DNA of 64,000 nt from Myxococcota bacterium (GCA_039208735.1 JBCCQY010000027.1:1-64000), one strand, 5' to 3'. Counted from the first letter of the stretch, positions 49,975-60,544 are shown. Notes: generated by a model from the letters alone, not told the origin. Translations and numbers: made by a program.

Positions 49975-51276
49975 ATGACCCAGTCACCGACCCCAGCCCT
50001 GTTGTTCACGGGCGTGAGACTGATCGATCCTGAGGCCGGCGTCGACGAGGTGACCGACTTGCTCGTTACGCCAGACGGGGTGCAGCGAGCCCCCGCGTCG
50101 GTTCCCGACGACGCGCGGCGGGTGGATGGCCAAGGCTTGTGGGCCTTGCCGGGCCTCGTCGACATTCAGGTGCACTTTCGCCAGCCCGGCTTTGAGTACA
50201 AGGAAACCATCGAGAGCGGCTCGGCGGCGGCTCTGGCGGGTGGCATTTGCACGGTCGTCGTCATGCCGAACACCCAACCGCGCCTGGATACGCCTGACCA
50301 GGTCGTGTTCGAGGCCGACGAAGCGCGACGGGTCCGTGGCATCGACCTGCTGGTCGCGGCGGCGGCGACCCGGAATCTGGATGGCCACGAACTCACGGAC
50401 CACCAGGCCCTCAAAGCGGCGGGCGCGGTCGCGATCACGGATGACGGCTTCCCCGTTCTCGACGACGATCTGATGCGGGGCAGCTTGCAGCGCTGCGCCG
50501 AACACGATCTGCTGTTCATGCAGCATGCCGAGGACACACGCATGACCCAGCACGCCCCGATGACCGACTCCCCGGTCAGCGTGTCGCTCGGTGTGCGCGG
50601 CCAGTCCAGCGACGCCGAAGGCGTCATGGTGGAGCGGGATATCGCGCTGACCCGAGAGACCGGAGCCCGGTACCACGTGCTTCACACCTCGACGGCGCGG
50701 TCCATGGCCGCGATCCGTGCTGCCAAGGCCGAGGGCCTGTCGGTGACCTGCGAAGTCAGCCCGCACCATCTGCTGCTGACGTACGAGGCATGCGCAGGCG
50801 GCGATCCGAATACCAAGATGAACCCGCCGCTTCGCTCCGACTACGACCGTCGAGCGCTCATTGCGGCGCTCGCCGACGGCACCGTGGATGCGGTGGCCAC
50901 CGACCACGCGCCCCACACCAAGGCCGAGAAGGCCAAAGGGTTCGAGGACGCGCCGTTCGGTGTGATCGGACTGGAAACCGCGTTTGCCGCACTGTTGTCG
51001 TTCGTGCACGACGGCACGATCTCCGACACCCGAGCCGTCGAACTCATGACCTCGGGGCCCGCACGCGTACTCGGCCTGCAGGGCCAGCTAGGGACCCTGG
51101 GCAACCGTGCACCGGTGCACCTCACCTTGGTTGATCCGACCTGCGAATGGACGGTCACCGAGGAGGCGATGGCGGGCAAGTCGACCAACAGTGCCTTCCT
51201 CGGACACGTGTTCAAGGGCAAGGTCGTGGCCACCGTACTGCACGGTGAACTCCGCTACGCCGACGGCGCGCTCTAA
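49975..51276 (+). CDS. pyrC: dihydroorotase (type I)
   Basis: PGLVDIQVHFRQPG, MPNT, QHAED, CEVSPHHL, KMNPPLR, ATDHAPH, APFGVIGLET. Confidence 0.92.
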   Translation: MTQSPTPALLFTGVRLIDPEAGVDEVTDLLVTPDGVQRAPASVPDDARRVDGQGLWALPGLVDIQVHFRQPGFEYKETIESGSAAALAGGICTVVVMPNTQPRLDTPDQVVFEADEARRVRGIDLLVAAAATRNLDGHELTDHQALKAAGAVAITDDGFPVLDDDLMRGSLQRCAEHDLLFMQHAEDTRMTQHAPMTDSPVSVSLGVRGQSSDAEGVMVERDIALTRETGARYHVLHTSTARSMAAIRAAKAEGLSVTCEVSPHHLLLTYEACAGGDPNTKMNPPLRSDYDRRALIAALADGTVDAVATDHAPHTKAEKAKGFEDAPFGVIGLETAFAALLSFVHDGTISDTRAVELMTSGPARVLGLQGQLGTLGNRAPVHLTLVDPTCEWTVTEEAMAGKSTNSAFLGHVFKGKVVATVLHGELRYADGAL

Positions 51277-52343
51277 GCCCGGGTCTGCTCCAACACGAAC
51301 GCTCCCACGTACAGGCCGCCGAGTTCGAACACACGCACATGACGCGAGGACCATCGGGCACTCGCGTGCAGCGCACGGTTGAACGCATGCCGTCGCTGGG
51401 CGACCATGACCAACCGTGCGTCGGGGCGGCATACCGCAGCCAGACTGTGCAGGACGTCACCATAGAATCGAGCCAGGTCGAGCCCACGGCCCAACCGCTT
51501 GCCGAACGGAGGGTTGCAGACCACGGTATCGAAGGTTTCGGACGGCCACTGTTCTAAGAGCGCTCGCGCATCGGCCCACCGCACGTCTGCACGGTCGATC
51601 AGGTCGGCGCGGAGCAAGTTGTCGCGGGTGCCCTGGGCGGCCGCCTCCAAACGATCGACCCCGGCCAGCTGTACGCGAGGCCACCGCAGCCCGGCCTCGA
51701 GCAGCACGGTACCCGCGCCACAGAACGGATCGAGCAGCCGTTCGGGGGGCTTGTCGGGACGGGCGAGCTGCAGCAATGCCCACGCGACATTGCTCCGCAG
51801 CGACGTTCGTTGGGTATACGGCCCCCTCCGGCGTTGGAACAGGGGACCGAGCTGCACCCCAATCTTGCAGACGCGCTTTCGTACGTCACATCGGATTTCG
51901 ACATCGAAGGCCTTGAGTGAAACCGGGTGACGGGCCACCGCCCGCACTCCAGCCCCCGCCACGCGCTGGACGTCCTCGCTCGTGAAGGAGTGGGTTCCGG
52001 TTCGCGAACTCGTCACCCGAAACGAACGCTCGATGTCGTCGAGTTCAGATATCTTTGGCACGACCTCCGAAACCATTCGTTTGATCTGGTCCAGCGGTCT
52101 GGGGCCATCGAGGATGAACTGGGCCACCGACCGAACCGCACGATGGGCGGACCGTAGGCTGAGCAACGCCGGGCGCAAGTCGTGCCACGTCGCATCGATG
52201 TCGACGCTTACATGGCCGGCCAGGCCGTCGGGGCGCAGCTCGACTCGGCTTAGGACGAGACCATCTGCCGCGATGCGCGCGCGGAGTTCGTCGATGACGA
52301 GGTCCTCGAAGCCAGGGTTCGTGGTGAGTTGGACCGTGACCAC
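51273..52343 (-). CDS. THUMP-domain RNA m2G methyltransferase (UPF0020/TrmN-like)
   Basis: THUMP SFRVTSSRTGTHSFTS; LDPFCGAGT; NPPFG. Confidence 0.88.
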   Translation of the reverse strand: MVTVQLTTNPGFEDLVIDELRARIAADGLVLSRVELRPDGLAGHVSVDIDATWHDLRPALLSLRSAHRAVRSVAQFILDGPRPLDQIKRMVSEVVPKISELDDIERSFRVTSSRTGTHSFTSEDVQRVAGAGVRAVARHPVSLKAFDVEIRCDVRKRVCKIGVQLGPLFQRRRGPYTQRTSLRSNVAWALLQLARPDKPPERLLDPFCGAGTVLLEAGLRWPRVQLAGVDRLEAAAQGTRDNLLRADLIDRADVRWADARALLEQWPSETFDTVVCNPPFGKRLGRGLDLARFYGDVLHSLAAVCRPDARLVMVAQRRHAFNRALHASARWSSRHVRVFELGGLYVGAFVLEQTRA

Positions 52344-52488
52344 CGAGAGGACCTACGGAGACAGACACACCTACATGTAGCGGCTTTGTCGCGGGTCGCC
52401 GCTTACGGTCGTTGGCCTTGTGAGGGGAGCGCTGGGCCTTCCTACTGGCGTCCCGTTGACAGCCGTTGGCGGGGAGTTATCCCATAGT

Positions 52489-52501
52489 CTTGTTATGCAA
52501 G
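52489..52501. promoter_or_regulatory. putative PadR operator CTTG-N5-CAAG overlapping the padR start; TTGACA at 52456-52461
   Basis: CTTGTTATGCAAG; the same motif recurs three times at 53388-53428. Confidence 0.62.
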
Positions 52502-52857
52502 ATAACCTCGATGACCAAGTCGCTGCCTGGCAACGGCAGCTCCGGAAGGGAGTGGTTGAGCTCGCGGTGCTCGGCTTGCTCCGCGGTCGCCCGCGCTACG
52601 GCCTTGAGCTGGTGGAGTGCCTGTCGTCGTTGGGGGTGAAGTCGGGCAGCATCTATCCCCTGCTCGCGCGCATTCGACGCGAAGGTAAGGTCGAAAGTGA
52701 ATGGGTGGCCGATGGGGTTGGGCACCCGCGCAAGTACTACTCGCTGACGTTGTTGGGCGCACGCACCTACGAAGCGAAGCGTCATGCCTGGAGTTCGTTC
52801 TCTAGCGCCCTTCAGGCCCTGTTGGAGGATTCCGAGGATGTCGAAGTTGCCAAGTAG
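52495..52857 (+). CDS. PadR-family transcriptional regulator
   Basis: QLRKGVVELAVL, YGLEL, GSIYPLLAR, PRKYYSLT..G. Confidence 0.93.
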   Translation: MQDNLDDQVAAWQRQLRKGVVELAVLGLLRGRPRYGLELVECLSSLGVKSGSIYPLLARIRREGKVESEWVADGVGHPRKYYSLTLLGARTYEAKRHAWSSFSSALQALLEDSEDVEVAK

Positions 52858-53350
52858 CAAGGGGCTCGCGGTCGACGACTGGATGTCGACGTTCGAGGGA
52901 TCCCTGAGTTCGCTGCCGGCCTCTGAGCGTTCGGACATCGTGGCGGAGCTGCGACTCCACCTCGCGGAGACGGGCGAGACGCCGGCCACGGCCTTCGGAG
53001 AGCCCATGCAGTACGCAGAACGGTTCGTCGCTGACCCGCGAAGGGTTGGGGCAACTCCGGAGCCGCGCTGGGTTTGGCTTCGTTGGGTCGCCCGAATCGC
53101 TGCGCTCCCCATGGCCATCGTGCTCGAGCTGATCGGGCTGATGCTGCTGATGACGATCGGCTTCGAACTTCTGCAGCCCGAAGATACCGGCTTGTTCGTG
53201 CAGGATGGCACGGTGACGGCGTTCGGCATCGACACTGAGCCCTCCGGGACGGAGGTGCTTGGCGCCTGGTTGATCCCTGCCTGTTTGCTCATCGGCGGAC
53301 CTCTCTCGTACGCCGGACTGCGCCTATTCGACTGGATTCGCAACCCCTGA
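52838..53350 (+). CDS. HAAS/DUF1700-like membrane protein (PadR partner)
   Basis: LPASERSDIVAELRLHL...FGEP..YA, then TM helices. Confidence 0.8.
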   Translation: MSKLPSSKGLAVDDWMSTFEGSLSSLPASERSDIVAELRLHLAETGETPATAFGEPMQYAERFVADPRRVGATPEPRWVWLRWVARIAALPMAIVLELIGLMLLMTIGFELLQPEDTGLFVQDGTVTAFGIDTEPSGTEVLGAWLIPACLLIGGPLSYAGLRLFDWIRNP

Positions 53351-53387
53351 GGCTCTCGCGTCTCGCGCTTTGAGTCCGCATCCTGAT

Positions 53388-53428
53388 CTTGTTTCACAAG
53401 CCTTGCATTACAAGTCTTGCTTTGCAAT
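53388..53428. promoter_or_regulatory. three tandem CTTG-N5-CAA(G/T) palindromes (14-bp period), putative PadR operators
   Basis: CTTGTTTCACAAG, CTTGCATTACAAG, CTTGCTTTGCAAT immediately upstream of the serine hydrolase RBS. Confidence 0.68.
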
Positions 53429-53443
53429 ACCACGGGAGATCTC

Positions 53444-55033
53444 GTGCGCCCTTCGTTCAGCTGGATCGTCGTCGCCTTGGCGGGAATCGCCGCGTGCACC
53501 AACCCGGACACCGACGACCCTACCGCTTCGAGCGGGACCGATGCCTTGCCGCAGACCTACCGCGATGCGCGCTTCGACGATGTCGTGGCCACGGTCCGGT
53601 CCGAGTTGGCCTCCAACATCGCCCAGGGGGTATCGCTCGCGGTGCTGCATGAGGGCGAGTTCGTATGGGTGCAGGCCTTTGGTACCGCCGAGCCCGGGGC
53701 TGACGTACGGATGCGGCCTGACCACATCCTCCAGATCGGGTCAACCACCAAGCAGATGACGGCGGCGTTGGCGCTTCAGGCTGCCGACGCTGGGCAATTC
53801 GGGCTCGACGACCCGGTGGCGGAGGTGCTGCCCGAGTTCTCGCTCGACGACGATCCAGGTTGGAGCAACGTTGCAACGCTGCATGATTTGATGTCGCACC
53901 AGGGGGGCCTCGTGGACTACATCGATCCCGACAACCCGGCGGACGACGAGGAACTCGCGAACTGGATGTATGGGTTCTTCGCGTCGAACCAATGGTCGAT
54001 GAACCCACCTGGAGAGTTCTGGAACTACAGCAATCCCCACTTCAGCCTCGTGGGCCTTGCGGCCGAGGTCCACGACCCTCAAGGGCGAACTTACGCCGAC
54101 CTCATCGAGGAGCAGCTGTTTGCTCCGCTAGGGCTCACCGACACATACGCTCGCAAGACCCACGTTCGCCAGACCGACCGGTTCGCACTGTCCACAGATG
54201 GCGAGGGCCTGATCCGCATGGGGGGGGTTCCGGACCCCGCTCCCGAACGTCCTTCGGGGTTCGTTTGGTCCACCCCCTCCGACATGTGCAAGTGGGGTGA
54301 TTTCCTCATTCATGGCGATACGTCCGTGCTTAGCGACGCAAGCCGGGATCTCATCGGAACCCCGCATGTGCTCACAGGCTACGACGGCGACCACGAAGCA
54401 TACGGGTATGGCCAGTTCGTTCGCGACTTGTATCCGCTGTCGGACGGCTACTACCCCATCGAGGTGTGGGAGCACGGAGGCAACACGCTGTCCTTCACTT
54501 CGGTGTTTGTCGTGGTGCCCGAACACGACACGGTGATCTCGATCCTGAGCGCCGGGGCGGCGGACAGTTGGGATGAAACCGTCGAAGACATCCTCCGGGC
54601 CACGATCGAGCTTCCTGAACCGGCGGCTTGGGAGGGGCCTCCCTTTGAGCCCGAACGCCTCGCCGGGCACGTAGGTACGTACGTTGATCCTTACAATGTC
54701 GGCACCATCGAGATCACGGAGGGGGGCCAGTTCGGACTTCAAATTGCGATGCCCGATCTCGACGCGCTCGGCTACTCCGTCGGGCCTGACTTGATCCCCG
54801 TCTCGACCGACCTCTGGCTCGTCGACCTCGGTGGCTTCAGGCTCGATCTCTCGTTTGTCCGCGATTCTTCGGGAGGTCCGGACGCTGAGTCGACCTACAT
54901 TCGCAATCGGTCCTTCGTCGGCATCCGTGAGGTCGCCACGCAGCCTGCTCGGGCCACACCTGCTCGCCGCCCGTCGCTTGACCTCGCTCCCGCGTTCTGG
55001 GAGCGCGAAGTGCGACGGCGCAGGACGTGGTGA
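53444..55033 (+). CDS. serine hydrolase (class C beta-lactamase family), lipoprotein
   Basis: Lipobox IAAC; IGSTTK (SxxK), LMSHQGG, WNYSN, EHGG. Confidence 0.9.
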   Translation: MRPSFSWIVVALAGIAACTNPDTDDPTASSGTDALPQTYRDARFDDVVATVRSELASNIAQGVSLAVLHEGEFVWVQAFGTAEPGADVRMRPDHILQIGSTTKQMTAALALQAADAGQFGLDDPVAEVLPEFSLDDDPGWSNVATLHDLMSHQGGLVDYIDPDNPADDEELANWMYGFFASNQWSMNPPGEFWNYSNPHFSLVGLAAEVHDPQGRTYADLIEEQLFAPLGLTDTYARKTHVRQTDRFALSTDGEGLIRMGGVPDPAPERPSGFVWSTPSDMCKWGDFLIHGDTSVLSDASRDLIGTPHVLTGYDGDHEAYGYGQFVRDLYPLSDGYYPIEVWEHGGNTLSFTSVFVVVPEHDTVISILSAGAADSWDETVEDILRATIELPEPAAWEGPPFEPERLAGHVGTYVDPYNVGTIEITEGGQFGLQIAMPDLDALGYSVGPDLIPVSTDLWLVDLGGFRLDLSFVRDSSGGPDAESTYIRNRSFVGIREVATQPARATPARRPSLDLAPAFWEREVRRRRTW

Positions 55034-55385
55034 ACGAGGTAGGGCGAATGCAACGGCGGAGACTCATCCCGGACGGTCACGGAGCCACACGTTTCGAAGA
55101 AACGAGGCTGATGGTCCCAAGTCCTGAAGGCTCCGCATCGCATCGGGGTTGGTCAGGGCGGTCATGACCACCCTGTCGACATCGGCAAGTGAAGCCAGCA
55201 CGCGAGGATCTGCCTGCCTCACCGTGTGCAATGTCGCCTCGGCCTCGGTGGGCGGCTCGAGCAGCGCCGAGGTCCGCAAGGGCTCGTGCCGCACATCCCG
55301 GGTTGCGTTGGATCCTGGTCTGTGAACGCGTGACAACGTATCTGCACCGAATGCTATCCTTCAGAGCACGCATGAGGGGTGACAA

Positions 55386-56117
55386 GTGGAGCCACGGCGC
55401 GACGAGGCACTTTGGCAGCGCATTCAACATCTTGAACGTCGCGCCACGCGTTGGCGCTCGATGACCCTTGCTGCGATAGCGATATTTGCGGCGCTTCCGC
55501 TCCTTGCTTGGGCGCTCGAGCCCGTTCCTAACGAGTTCCAGTCAGGGGACAGGATTTCGTCGGCCGCAGTGAACGCAAACTATGACTACTTGGTCGATGC
55601 CATTTCGCAACTCGAGGCCCACGCGATTCCGACCGGGGCGTTGATGTATTTCAATGAATCGAATTGTCCCGCCGGGTGGAGTGAGGTTCCCGAAGCACGT
55701 GGTCGGACCATCGTAGGCCTTTCGGGATCTGCAGGTACCTTGGCAGGCACTGTGGGAACGGCCTTTGGTGATCTTGAGGATCGTGGGCACGTGCACGACG
55801 TCAATTCGCCCGTGGGTACGACCGGTGGAGCTGGAGAGCACAACCATCAGTGGATTGCCAGTTCAGGCACGGGACTGCTGACGTTCTTCGACAACACCGG
55901 TGCCCAGATTGCTAATCAGCCTTCGTTCCCCTACGCCGGCGGAGGAACGGCACTCGGTGCGTTCATCGATGCAGAGAACGCCAACCATGACTTCTTCACC
56001 GACGAGAGCGTCGACCACGACCATAGCTTCGATCCTGCCGCAGCGACCTCCTCTTCCGCCGACACATCAATGGTATTGCCTTATATCCAATACTTACTGT
56101 GTTCTAAGGACTCGTAA
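55386..56117 (+). CDS. exported protein with a phage tail-collar-like domain
   Basis: IPTGALMYF...CPAGW...RGRTIVG, HxH motifs, LPYIQYLLCSK; N-terminal TM/signal. Confidence 0.7.
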   Translation: MEPRRDEALWQRIQHLERRATRWRSMTLAAIAIFAALPLLAWALEPVPNEFQSGDRISSAAVNANYDYLVDAISQLEAHAIPTGALMYFNESNCPAGWSEVPEARGRTIVGLSGSAGTLAGTVGTAFGDLEDRGHVHDVNSPVGTTGGAGEHNHQWIASSGTGLLTFFDNTGAQIANQPSFPYAGGGTALGAFIDAENANHDFFTDESVDHDHSFDPAAATSSSADTSMVLPYIQYLLCSKDS

Positions 56118-56421
56118 TACGAAAACTTCTTTATTTGCTCTTCGGGTGCGTCACTCTTGTACAACTCGAATAGGCCGGCGGTCGCCACTTCTTCGTATGT
56201 CCCGGGGCGAAGTCGAACAGGCGGTTCGTAGGCTAAAATACATTTACACAATCCTCTTTGCCGCAGGATGGGCACTATCGGTTCCTGACTGCCCGCAGTG
56301 GACAGCGTTCTGCATTCGTCTATGTGAGCCCGTGAAAGCTGGCTTCCGTAGCGAAACGGGGTTCCTGCGTCGAGAAGTACAACGGAGCGCAGAGGGTGGC
56401 GTGAAGCTCCAGCTCTGAAGA

Positions 56422-56482
56422 ATTGGTCCCATTGGATGGCAAGCCTTCTGCCCAATGGACCTTTTGCGGCGGCCGAACCAAT
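56422..56482. promoter_or_regulatory. putative MocR/PdxR operator
   Basis: ATTGG x2 and CCAAT x2; imperfect inverted repeat GGTCCCATTGG...CCAATGGACC just before the pdxR start. Confidence 0.5.
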
Positions 56483-56485
56483 GCG

Positions 56486-58009
56486 ATGCTTCTACCTCTG
56501 GAGGCATCGTTGTCTGCCACTCTTGGCCTTACGCTCGACCCCAGCGTCGGGCGTCCATTTTACCAGCAGATCTTCGACCAGGTCGTGGAACGGGTCCAAT
56601 TGGGAGCATTGGTACCCGGGACCCGCATGCCGCCTTCGCGGACGCTCGCGAGGGACCTTGGCACGACCCGAAACACCGTGGTGCGAGCCTTTGAAGAACT
56701 GACCCAGGCCGGTTGGCTTCAGGCCAGGGTGGGGCGTGGCACCTTTGTGTGTGCTCCTCCAACGGAAGCTCCGTTGGCTCCCCCACCCAAAGCGGCCCTT
56801 CCGTGGACCCGCGTGTTCTCGAGCGCCGCGTCCGCCGAGATTCACCAACGCGCCGAGAGGCTCGCCATCGGCCTGGTGGACCGCCCCTGCATCGATCTGC
56901 AGTCCATGCAGCCACCACGCGACCTGCTACCCGTCCAAGACCTTCGGCGTTGCACGGACCATGTCCTCCGCAGTCGCGGTGCGCGGGCCCTCGAGTACGC
57001 CCCCATCGAAGGGGTCGCCGTTCTACGCGAACAGGTCGCGATCGACCTCTATCGGAGTGGCGTCGCATGCTCGGCGGACGACCTCATCGTGACGGCAGGC
57101 TCCCAACAGGCGATCGACTTGGTGGTGCGAGCCTTGGTTGACCCAGGTGACACGGTGCTCGTCGATCAATGCACCTATGCCGGCCTGCTGCGCATCCTTG
57201 GCATGGCCGGGGCCCAGGTCGCTCCGATTCCCGGTGACGCTCGCGGTCCAGACATCCCCGCCCTCGAGACCATCCATGGGGCGAAGCTCCTTTACGTCAT
57301 GCCGGACAGCCAAAACCCGACGGGGGCCTGGATCAGCCGGCCTCGTAGACAGCAAATCGTCGCGTGGTCTCGTCGCGCGGGGGTGCCCGTGATTGAGGAC
57401 GACCATGCGGCCGACCTCGACCTTGACTGAATTGCCTTGCCTCCTCCGCTTCGGGCCCTGGATGGTGAGGTCACGCACATCACCAACTACAGCAAGCGGC
57501 TAGCCCCTGCGCTGCGCCTGGGCGTGGTGGTGTGCCCGCCTCCGTTACGTCGGAGGCTGGTGGCTCTAAAACGAGCGACTGACCTCGGTTGCTCCGCTCT
57601 ACTGCAGTACACGCTTGCCGAGTTCCTGCAGCGCGGGTACCTGCGCGCCCATCTCGCACGCACCCTTCCCGAATACCGTCGCCGTCGAGATGCGCTCGTG
57701 GACGCGCTCGAAGCACACTTGCCCACGGGCTTCGACGTCCAAATCGCCCGTCGCGGCGTGACCCTCTGGATTCCGTTGCCCGACGGCATCGATCCAGGCG
57801 CTGTCTTCATGGAGGCGCAGCATCAAGGGGTGCTCATCATGCCGGGCACCCTGCACACGCAACATGCGATGGAGCAGAGTGGCCTTCGCCTGACCTTTTG
57901 TGCCGAGCCTCCCGAACGGCTCATCGAGGGGGCTCGCAGACTTGGTAGCGCGCTTGCGACCGTTGAGGCCGGACGGCGCGCCCCTATCAACACCCTGGAG
58001 GGACCATGA
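56486..58009 (+). pseudogene. pdxR: MocR/GntR PLP-dependent regulator (PdxR) interrupted by an in-frame TGA at 57428-57430
   Basis: GntR wHTH, TAGSQQAIDL, QNPTG, IEDD, SKRLAPALRLG. ORFs 56423-57430 and 57437-58009 are in the same frame (DLDLD*IALPPPL). Directly upstream of pdxST. Confidence 0.85.
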
Positions 58010-58878
58010 CGATCGACCTCAAGGTCGGACTCGCACGCATGCTCGAAGGTGGCGTCATCATGGACGTTGTTGACGTAGAGCAAGCCCGTATCGCCGAAGC
58101 AGCTGGCGCCTGCGCGGTGATGGCGCTTGAGCGCGTTCCGGCTGACATTCGAAAGGACGGAGGCGTTGCTCGCGCGAGCGACCCTGAAATGATTGCCGCG
58201 ATTCAACAGGCCGTCAGCATCCCCGTGATGGCCAAGTGCCGGATTGGGCACTTCATGGAGGCACGGGTCCTGCAGGCGTTGCAGGTCGACTTCATCGATG
58301 AGTCCGAGGTTCTCACCCCCGCCGATGAGGCTCACCACATCGACAAAGCAGCCTTCGACGTTCCGTTTGTCTGTGGCTGTGTCGACCTGGGAGAAGCGCT
58401 CCGTCGAATCGCCGAGGGCGCCGCGCTTCTGCGAACCAAAGGCGAAGCGGGCACGGGCGATATCGTGGAGGCCGTAAGACACCTGCGCCGGCTTCGAAGC
58501 CAGATTCGCAGATTGGGCTCACTCGGGCGCGAGGAACTCGTGGCCGAAGCCAAGACGCTCGGTGCACCGGTCGCCTTGGTTCAGCAGGTCGCATCCGCAG
58601 GCACCCTTCCCGTGCCAAACTTTGCCGCAGGTGGCATCGCCACCCCCGCCGACGCCGCTCTGTGCATGGCCCTTGGAGCGACCTCGGTGTTCGTGGGAAG
58701 TGGGATCTTCCACAGTGCAGACCCCGCCAAACGGGCTCGTGCCATGGTGGAGGCGGTCACTCACTGGGAGGACGCGGAGCGCCTGACGGCCGTAAGCACC
58801 GGGCTGGGGGCGGCGATGACAGGCGTGGCGCGGGACCGGTTGGCCGACGGCGAACGGCTGGCCACGAGGGGCTGGTGA
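58006..58878 (+). CDS. pdxS: pyridoxal 5'-phosphate synthase lyase subunit
   Basis: [58 protein letters not shown]. Confidence 0.97.
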   Translation: MTIDLKVGLARMLEGGVIMDVVDVEQARIAEAAGACAVMALERVPADIRKDGGVARASDPEMIAAIQQAVSIPVMAKCRIGHFMEARVLQALQVDFIDESEVLTPADEAHHIDKAAFDVPFVCGCVDLGEALRRIAEGAALLRTKGEAGTGDIVEAVRHLRRLRSQIRRLGSLGREELVAEAKTLGAPVALVQQVASAGTLPVPNFAAGGIATPADAALCMALGATSVFVGSGIFHSADPAKRARAMVEAVTHWEDAERLTAVSTGLGAAMTGVARDRLADGERLATRGW

Positions 58879-59402
58879 ACCTCGTTGGCGTGCTTGCCCT
58901 GCAGGGCGACTGGCGTACCCATGGTGAGGCTTTGGATGCCGCACGAATTCCTTGGAAGCCCGTTCGCGTCGCTCGGGATCTTGAGGCGTGTCGTGGGCTG
59001 GTGATTCCCGGGGGTGAAAGCACCACCCTGCTGCGCTTGCTTGAGCCCACGCTGACGTCGACGATCGAGAGGTTTATTGAAACAGGTCAGCCGGTACTGG
59101 CCACCTGTGCGGGACTCATCATCGCCGCGCGCGATGTGTCACCCGTGCAGCGGAGCTTCGGCTGGATCAACATCGGCGTGCGACGCAACGGGTGGGGACG
59201 TCACCTCGATAGTTTCGTAGACCGGAATCGAGCCTTCATTCGCGCACCTCGCATCGTGGACGCCGCAGGGGTGGAGGTGCTGGACACGGTCCGTGGAGAG
59301 CCCGCCCTGGTTCGGCAGGGAGCCGTCCTCGGCGCGACCTTTCACCCCGAACTCACTCAAGATGTTTCGGTTTATCAACTTGCTTTCGGAGCCTTCTTAT
59401 GA
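58875..59402 (+). CDS. pdxT: pyridoxal 5'-phosphate synthase glutaminase subunit
   Basis: [32 protein letters not shown]. Confidence 0.95.
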   Translation: MNLVGVLALQGDWRTHGEALDAARIPWKPVRVARDLEACRGLVIPGGESTTLLRLLEPTLTSTIERFIETGQPVLATCAGLIIAARDVSPVQRSFGWINIGVRRNGWGRHLDSFVDRNRAFIRAPRIVDAAGVEVLDTVRGEPALVRQGAVLGATFHPELTQDVSVYQLAFGAFL

Positions 59403-60544
59403 AGCCGTTCGGACACGCATGGCGTGATCGATTCTCCTTGAAACCAGAATTGGTCTACCTGAACCATGGCACGGTGGGCGCACCGCCTCGTCGGGTTCTC
59501 GAGACCGTACGGGGTATTCGTAACGAACTCGAATCCAACCCCGTCGGTTTCCTTGTCCGCGCCCTTCCCGACCGTCTGCGCCAGGCCAGGCAGCGGGTCG
59601 CCGGCTTTCTTGGGGCTCGTGCAGAGGACCTGGTTTTCGTCGACAATGTGTCCGCCGCGGTCAACGGTGTGTTGCGTTCACTGGCCCTGGAATCGGGGGA
59701 TGGGATTGCGATCACCAGCCTGACCTACGGTGGCGTGGCGGCAGCGGCGAAGGCCGTCGCGAAGCAACGGAATCTCATGCTCCACGAGGTTGTCCTTCCG
59801 TTCCCGGTGGCTCACCCAGATGATGTGGTCAACGCGTTCGCAAAACGTCTTCCACCCGACACCCGCTTGGCCATCGTCGATCACGTAACCGCGGACACCA
59901 GCCTTGTTCTTCCCATCGCGGACATTGCGGAGCTGTGTCGTGAGCGAGGGACGACGCTGCTTGTCGATGGTGCCCACGCCCCGGGGATGCTTCCCCTTGA
60001 CATCCAGGCCCTTGGGGCAGACATCTATGTTGCGAACTTGCATAAATGGCTTTGGGCCCCCCGTCCGTGTGGGGTGTTGTGGGCGCGACCGGAGCTTCAG
60101 GATCAGGTTCGCCCCGCCGTTGCGTCCTGGGGCTACGACCAGTCGTTCCATGCCGCCTTCGAGTGGGTGGGTACGAAGGACCCATCGCCGTTCTTGGCTG
60201 CGCCCGAGGCGATCACCATGTTCGAGGAGGTTGGACCCGACGCCGTGCGAACCTACAACCATGACCTGGTGTGGGCGGGCGGCAACCTACTGGCCGACCG
60301 GTGGGGAACCGCAAGGATGGCTCCGGAGTCTATGGTTGGCGCGATGATGGCGGTTGCGCTTCCCAAAACGGTTCCGCGAACCCCCGGCGCCGTCGCAGCC
60401 TGGCTCGCACACCTTCACGCTCGAGGATTTGAAGTCAGCGGAGCCACAAATGGCACCGAAGCCTGGGTGCGAGTCGCGGCGCAGGTTTACAACGAACTCG
60501 ACGACTTTGTAAATCTCGCCGAAGCGGCCCCCATGGTGGCTTGA
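59399..60544 (+). CDS. class V PLP aminotransferase (isopenicillin-N epimerase / cysteine desulfhydrase-like)
   Basis: YLNHGTVGA, VDGAHAPG, NLHKWLWAP, WVGTKDPS. Confidence 0.9.
   Translation: MKPFGHAWRDRFSLKPELVYLNHGTVGAPPRRVLETVRGIRNELESNPVGFLVRALPDRLRQARQRVAGFLGARAEDLVFVDNVSAAVNGVLRSLALESGDGIAITSLTYGGVAAAAKAVAKQRNLMLHEVVLPFPVAHPDDVVNAFAKRLPPDTRLAIVDHVTADTSLVLPIADIAELCRERGTTLLVDGAHAPGMLPLDIQALGADIYVANLHKWLWAPRPCGVLWARPELQDQVRPAVASWGYDQSFHAAFEWVGTKDPSPFLAAPEAITMFEEVGPDAVRTYNHDLVWAGGNLLADRWGTARMAPESMVGAMMAVALPKTVPRTPGAVAAWLAHLHARGFEVSGATNGTEAWVRVAAQVYNELDDFVNLAEAAPMVA

Noticed and set aside
49810..49975. Second cobalamin riboswitch upstream of the BtuB-like gene
   Set aside because: No GGGAA..GGTG / GCCACTG / AGxCxGxAGACC core seen on the minus strand.
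55040..55380. Short ORFs between the serine hydrolase and the collar-domain gene
   Set aside because: No RBS or family signature.
56120..56420. AT-richer spacer with several short overlapping ORFs
   Set aside because: None has a convincing start or motif.
57428..57430. Selenocysteine or TGA=Gly recoding in pdxR
   Set aside because: The position is not a Cys site, and many intact genes here (pdxS, pdxT, others) end in TGA.
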